Positions 58,788-64,000 of a DNA stretch of 64,000 nucleotides are shown here, in pieces; within the stretch, counting starts at the first letter, position 1, and every line of letters starts with the position of its first letter. The stretch is from Podospora anserina (Eukaryota). Location: the NCBI GenBank assembly GCA_017654855.1, contig CM030332.1:3596001-3660000 (forward strand). The letters run 5' to 3'. Under the pieces are notes generated by a model. The model saw only the letters and a list, made by a program, of their open reading frames with translations. It was not told where the DNA came from and ran no database searches. The translations under genes and the position numbers were made by a program.

Positions 58788-59975
58788 ATGATGGCGGCGC
58801 CAATGCCAGGGCCGCTTTCCTTCAACCCCCAGATTCCCGTCACCCCTCCCCCGGACCACCACATGTTCATGAAAGGGCTCTTTCCACCAAACGCCTTTCA
58901 ACAACCAGGGCATCACAACCACAACCACCAACATCACAGCCAACCACCACAGCAATACCGCGGAATCGGTTTAGGATTACAACACCACGAACCAACCCCC
59001 TCAAACTCCACAACCTCCGGCCCACACATCAAATCCGAAGCTGATCCCCCCAGTCTCACCTCCCCAAGACCATCCTCCCGATCAACAATGCAACCACCAC
59101 CACCCCAACTCCGAACCTCCCCAACATTCCCCCCTTCCTATCCCTCTTCCAAACCCCAACAACAACAACACCAACAACAACAACCAGGTTTCCCCCCCTC
59201 CACAGTCGGAATCGACCCCGCCACAGCAGCTCAAGCGGCCGTTGACCCCCGCTACATAGCCATGGCCTCCCGCATAGCCTCGTACTACCAACAGCGCTGC
59301 CAAGCGGTAGCCAACTTTCAGCAGCAGCGCTGCCAGCAGTGGGCCGCTGCCCAGAGAGCAAAATGCCAGGAGATGACGCAGGCGGCGATGCTGGTCGTGG
59401 CGTGGTATATCAGGGACCGTATCAACAGGCGGAGAAAACGGCAGAAAAAAACCTTCAAGCGGGCGCTCAATAATAAAAACAGCGCCAAGAGTAAGGTGAC
59501 GAAGGGGGAGACGGTGAGGAATTGGGTGATGGGTGTTCCTTTGGAGAAGGGGGATTTTGTGCCGGGGAGGGAGCTGCCTAAGGATGAACAAGAAAGAGAT
59601 TTTGATATGGATAGGATGGGGGAGAGGGAGGAGGATAGGGATGGGAGGTTGTTTGAGGTGGCGGATGGGTTGATTAAGAGCCAGCTGGCGAGGGTGGAGG
59701 TGCCGTTTTTGGGGTTGGTGGGGTTTGAGGAGAGTGAGAGTGAGGAGAGTGAGAGTGAGAGTGAGATGAGTTATGAGGAAGAGGAGTTAGAAGAGGGGGA
59801 GGAATATGAGGAGGAGGAGGAGAAGGAGGAGGAATATGAAGAGGAGGAAGAGCATCTGGGGATGGGGAAGGGGAAGGAGGAGGAGAATACTATGGGGAGT
59901 TTGAGCAAGGATGCGCAGTTGGGGACGGTAGAGGGAACGGATAGGAGGAAGAGTAGGGATAGTAGTGTTTTATGA
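58788..59975 (+). CDS. Uncharacterised protein, 395 aa: Pro/Gln-rich N-terminus, helical core, basic NLS-like patch, acidic tail
   Basis: Intact ORF. The core DPRYIAMASRIASYYQQRCQAVANFQQQRCQQWAAAQRAKCQEMTQAAMLVVAWYIRDRINRRRKRQK looks like an ordered domain. Confidence 0.8.
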   Translation: MMAAPMPGPLSFNPQIPVTPPPDHHMFMKGLFPPNAFQQPGHHNHNHQHHSQPPQQYRGIGLGLQHHEPTPSNSTTSGPHIKSEADPPSLTSPRPSSRSTMQPPPPQLRTSPTFPPSYPSSKPQQQQHQQQQPGFPPSTVGIDPATAAQAAVDPRYIAMASRIASYYQQRCQAVANFQQQRCQQWAAAQRAKCQEMTQAAMLVVAWYIRDRINRRRKRQKKTFKRALNNKNSAKSKVTKGETVRNWVMGVPLEKGDFVPGRELPKDEQERDFDMDRMGEREEDRDGRLFEVADGLIKSQLARVEVPFLGLVGFEESESEESESESEMSYEEEELEEGEEYEEEEEKEEEYEEEEEHLGMGKGKEEENTMGSLSKDAQLGTVEGTDRRKSRDSSVL

Positions 59976-60984
59976 TGAGGGTTATGAAATGGGTTATGAG
60001 GCGTTTGGGTATATACACGCATGGAGGTTCATGGCCCGTATATAGGGTTTGGTATTTTGTGGTTTTTTTTTTTCCATTTTATATTCTTGGGTGGGATTAG
60101 CCAGCGGTTGACGATAATGGGTTATGCATAGGATTTGAACTGGAATGTAGTATTTTTGAATAAATAGGTAATACCGTATTGTGCCTAGACCTGTAGGACC
60201 ATGGGTACACCATCCGGTGGCTTTGCTAGATCACTCTTGCCTTGGGTTTCATCTCCGTGGATTGTGTGACGAACAAGTTATATCCAGCCTTGTGCACTGT
60301 GGCCTGTTGCCTACCTACGGCTTAAACGACTTGAATCAGCAGGTAGCTCGGGACCGACTCGAGGCTGAATGACTAGTCCGTGGGATTTGATCTGATATTG
60401 ATCAAAGACAGCAGGCAGACAGGCGGTAACACCCATTTCGGCAATTGCTCAGGGCCAGTTGAGAGAGAGAGAAGGTTGAGATAATCGACAGGGGCAGGCA
60501 TCTTACCCCATGATCCCTTGGGTGGAACTGGTGGGACAGAGCGGTGGAGAGGCCGGCTCTTGATTGGTCGCCTAGCACGGCGGGGAACTGCGGGGAGCCG
60601 GGATGTGGTCTTGTTCTCGGTAACACACCCCTGTCATCCGCCCTGCCCGCCCTGGCAGCTTCCGCCATCACCAGGACGAAGCTGCATCCGTTGACCAACC
60701 ACTTCCGTACACAGTAGTACCTGCCCTTGATTTACGCCCGTCACGGAGATTCTCAGACTTTGACTCTTTCTCTCTCTCCAAACCTGACCAGGCACCTGAA
60801 CTTGTACCTTAACCTCCTCTCTCTACCTCCCAATCATCACAACAATATATATAAGTGCTGCAGACGCCCGGTGCCTCAACAGCTACAGCTTGATCATCCG
60901 CTCTCATAGCTCTTTGACTCTTCCTTTTCCTCACAACACTTGAGCTTCTTCTTATACAAAATTCCAACCCCTTCTTCGGTCACC

Positions 60985-63900
60985 ATGGGCGGCGAAAACC
61001 ACTGCGGGAATGGTCCTAGAAGTGACTATCCCATCCGGGCTCCCAAACCAGTCGGCCAGTACATCAGCCAAATCTACAAGTCTCGCATCGGCCAATTCTA
61101 CGCCAGGGGCCAATATGCCAACGAAAACCTCCTTTCCATGATGAACGATGCCGTCGTCTACGGCGAGCCTCATGTCCAACTCTGGGTTTGGCACGCTCCT
61201 GGACAGACCAGGCCAACCTTCGAAGAGGCCGTCTCTCATGACTTTGAAAAGACCAAGGTCGGCGCCAGCTTTGGTCCATCCTGGACCACTCATTGGTTCA
61301 GGGTCAAGATCACAGTCCCGGACAATGTTCGCGATCAGGAGCTGGTCGAGTTTCACTGGGACGCCAACAACGAGGGTTTGATCTGGTCCGAGGACGGCGA
61401 GCCTCTCCAGGGCCTCACTGGCGGCGGCGAGAGAGTGGAGTGGGTTCTTCCCAAGCCCTTCCTTGATGGAAAGGAACACACCTTTTACGTCGAGATGGCT
61501 TGCAACGGCATGTTTGGCATCGGCCAGGGTGACCTCATCGCTGCTCCCGACCCGAACAGGTACTACACCGTCGAGAGAGCCAACATTGTCGCGGTCAACC
61601 CGGACGCTCGCGGCCTGCATATCGATACTTGGATCATTGGCGACGCCGCCAAAGAGTTCCCCTCGGACTCCCCTGAGCAGCATCATGCTCTGGATGTTTA
61701 CAACAGGATTATCGAGGCCTTCGAGCCCGGCAACAAAGACTCGCTCAAGACGTGCCGGAAGATTGCTCAGGAGTACCTCGGCCCCGATGTCGACTCACAC
61801 AAGGTGTACGAGAGTGACAAGAAGCCTCTTGTCTTTGGTATTGGCCACTGCCACATCGACAGTTGCTGGCTCTGGCCATTTGATGAGACCAAGCGCAAGG
61901 TTGCCCGATCATGGTCCAACCAGTGCAATTTGATGGAGAGGTATCCCGAGCTCAACTTTGCCTGCTCCCAAGCCCAGCAGTACAAGTGGCTCAAGGAACT
62001 GTACCCCTATGTCTTTGAGCGTGTCAAGCAGAAGGTCAAGGATGGCCAGTTCCACCCCATCGGCGGCAGCTGGGTTGAGCACGACACCAACCTGCCCAGC
62101 GGCGAGTCTCTTGTCCGTCAGTTCGTGTACGGCCAGCGCTTTTTCGAGGAAAACTTTGGGAAGCGCTGTCAGACCTTCTGGCTGCCCGACACCTTTGGAT
62201 ACTCCAGCCAGCTCCCTCAACTGTGTCGGCTGGCCGGCATGACGCGCTTCCTCACCCAGAAGCTCAGCTGGAACAACATCAACAAGTTCCCGCACACCAC
62301 CTTCAACTGGGTTGCTCTGGATGGCTCACAGGTGATATGCCACATGCCGCCGGCTGAAACATACACGGCGGAGGCCCACTTCGGCGATGTCAAGCGTAGC
62401 ATGTCGCAGCACAAGTCTCTTGACCAGGACCCGACCTCGCTTCTTGTTTTTGGAAAGGGAGACGGTGGCGGCGGTCCTACCTGGCAGCATCTCGAGAAGC
62501 TCCGCCGCGCTCGTGGTATCAGCGACACGGTAGGCCTTCTCCCTCGGGTGCACATGGGCAGCTCAGTCGATGACTTCTTCCATCACCTCGAAGCCAAGGG
62601 CGACAAGCTCGTGACGTGGTATGGCGAGCTGTACTTTGAATTGCACCGCGGAACATACACCACTCAGTCCAACAACAAGCGCAACAACCGCAGAGCCGAA
62701 GATGCGCTCCGTGCTGTCGAGCTGCTGGCTACCATTGCCTCGATCGAGGGACACTGCGCCTATCCCAAGAAGGAGATTGATGAGATGTGGGAGTCGGTTC
62801 TTCTTTGTCAGTTCCACGACTGCTTGCCCGGAAGCTCGATTGAGATGTGCTATCATGATTCTGATGAGGTGAGGGATCTGAATTTGCATAGCGAGATGGT
62901 TGCTGACACGATGTGCAGATTTACAAGAAGGTTTTCGAGACCGCCGAGAAGATTCTCGGCGAGGCTACAGGCCTCCGTGAAGCCACCGCCGATGCTGTCA
63001 CGTCAAACACTGGTGTGGCATTCACCTCGCTTCCGTGGTCGCGTCACGAGATAGTCGAGCTTGCCGATGGCGAGCTTGCCGTCGCTTCCGGCCCAGGCCC
63101 CTTTATGAAACTTCGGCCTTTCTCCCTTGAGAGCGAGGAAACGCTGGTGACGCTCGAACAGCCATCCCCGGATGTGTTTGTGCTCCAGAACACCCAGTTG
63201 AAGGTCAAGCTCGAGAGCGGCCTCATCACATCGCTCTACGACCTGAAGGCCAACCGAGAGATCATTCCCAAGGGACAGAAGGCCAACCGATACGTCATTT
63301 TTGACGACAAGCCTCTGTACTGGCAGGCTTGGGATGTCGAGGTGTTCCATCTCGACAGCCGCAAGGAGCTCTCGACTTCTGAGACCAAGGTTCATGAGCA
63401 GAAGAAGCACCGCGTCAGCGTCATTACCAAGACCAAGATCAGCGACAAGAGCTACATCGAGACGGTGATTAGTCTTTCGGCGTGCTCTCCCAACCAACAG
63501 TCGTTCGTCGAGGTCAGCAGCAAGGTGGAGTGGCACGAGACGATGAAGTTTCTCAAGGTTGAGTTTCCCGTGGATATCCGCAACACGGAAGCGAGCTATG
63601 AAACCCAGTTTGGTATCGTGCGGAGGCCTACTCACTACAATACGAGCTGGGACATGGCCAAGTTTGAGGTTTGCTCGCATCGGTTTGCGGATTTGTCGGA
63701 GCATGGCTATGGTGTTTCTGTTTTGAACGACTGCAAGTATGGGTTTGCCACGAGCGGGAACCTGATGAGGCTGTCGCTGCTGAGGAGCTCCAAGGCGCCT
63801 GATGCGCATGCTGATATGGGAACTCATCACATCCGGTGGGGAATTTTGCCGCATCAGGGGGGGCTGAGCCATGTAACTGTGAGGAAGGGGTACGAGTTTA

Positions 63901-64000
63901 ATAACCCGCTCAAGATTTTTGAGGTGGAGAGCCTGGGGGATGTGAAGAGTTGGTTGCGGACGAGGAGGGTGTGGTTGGACAGCGAGTCGGATGAGGGGTT
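60985..64000 (+). CDS. AMS1: Alpha-mannosidase, GH38 class 2C (Ams1); join(60985..62868,62919..>64000), 3' end outside the window
   Basis: FGPSWTTHWF, GHCHIDSCWLWP, WLPDTFGYS, WYGELYFELHRGTYT and QFHDCLPGS. After a 50-nt intron the reading continues through WQAWDV and YNTSWDMAKFEV. Confidence 0.96.

Overview
Gene-dense eukaryotic DNA from a filamentous ascomycete. Short GT-AG introns with CTRAY branch points, the gene content and the codon style suggest Sordariales, most likely the Podospora group (inference, not verified). I built spliced models by hand for 23 protein-coding loci; for the 21 complete ones the summed exon lengths are divisible by 3. In order: pro1/adv-1 Zn2Cys6 factor, a cytochrome P450, two uncharacterised low-complexity proteins (one frameshifted), MON1, DOP1, PDI1, a hidden 110-aa three-exon gene absent from the ORF track, VPS71/SWC6, KEL3, a small WSC protein, REV1, a RED-like protein, ENV7, URH1, a CLIP-170/Bik1 homologue, a hypothetical protein, NOP14, TRM82, RPP0, MSH1, another hypothetical protein, and AMS1 (runs off the window). 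I saw no transposase, CRISPR array, tRNA or rRNA. This is core housekeeping sequence, and I found no self-evident novel multi-gene system. The best leads are subtler: (1) a 176-codon stop-free, AUG-free frame upstream of and in frame with pro1, a candidate non-AUG N-terminal extension; (2) alternating C-rich then G-rich domains that run through coding sequences; (3) a P450 whose three introns are all 3n and stop-free; (4) the hidden small gene with an unusually long intron; (5) G-quadruplex motifs next to branch points.
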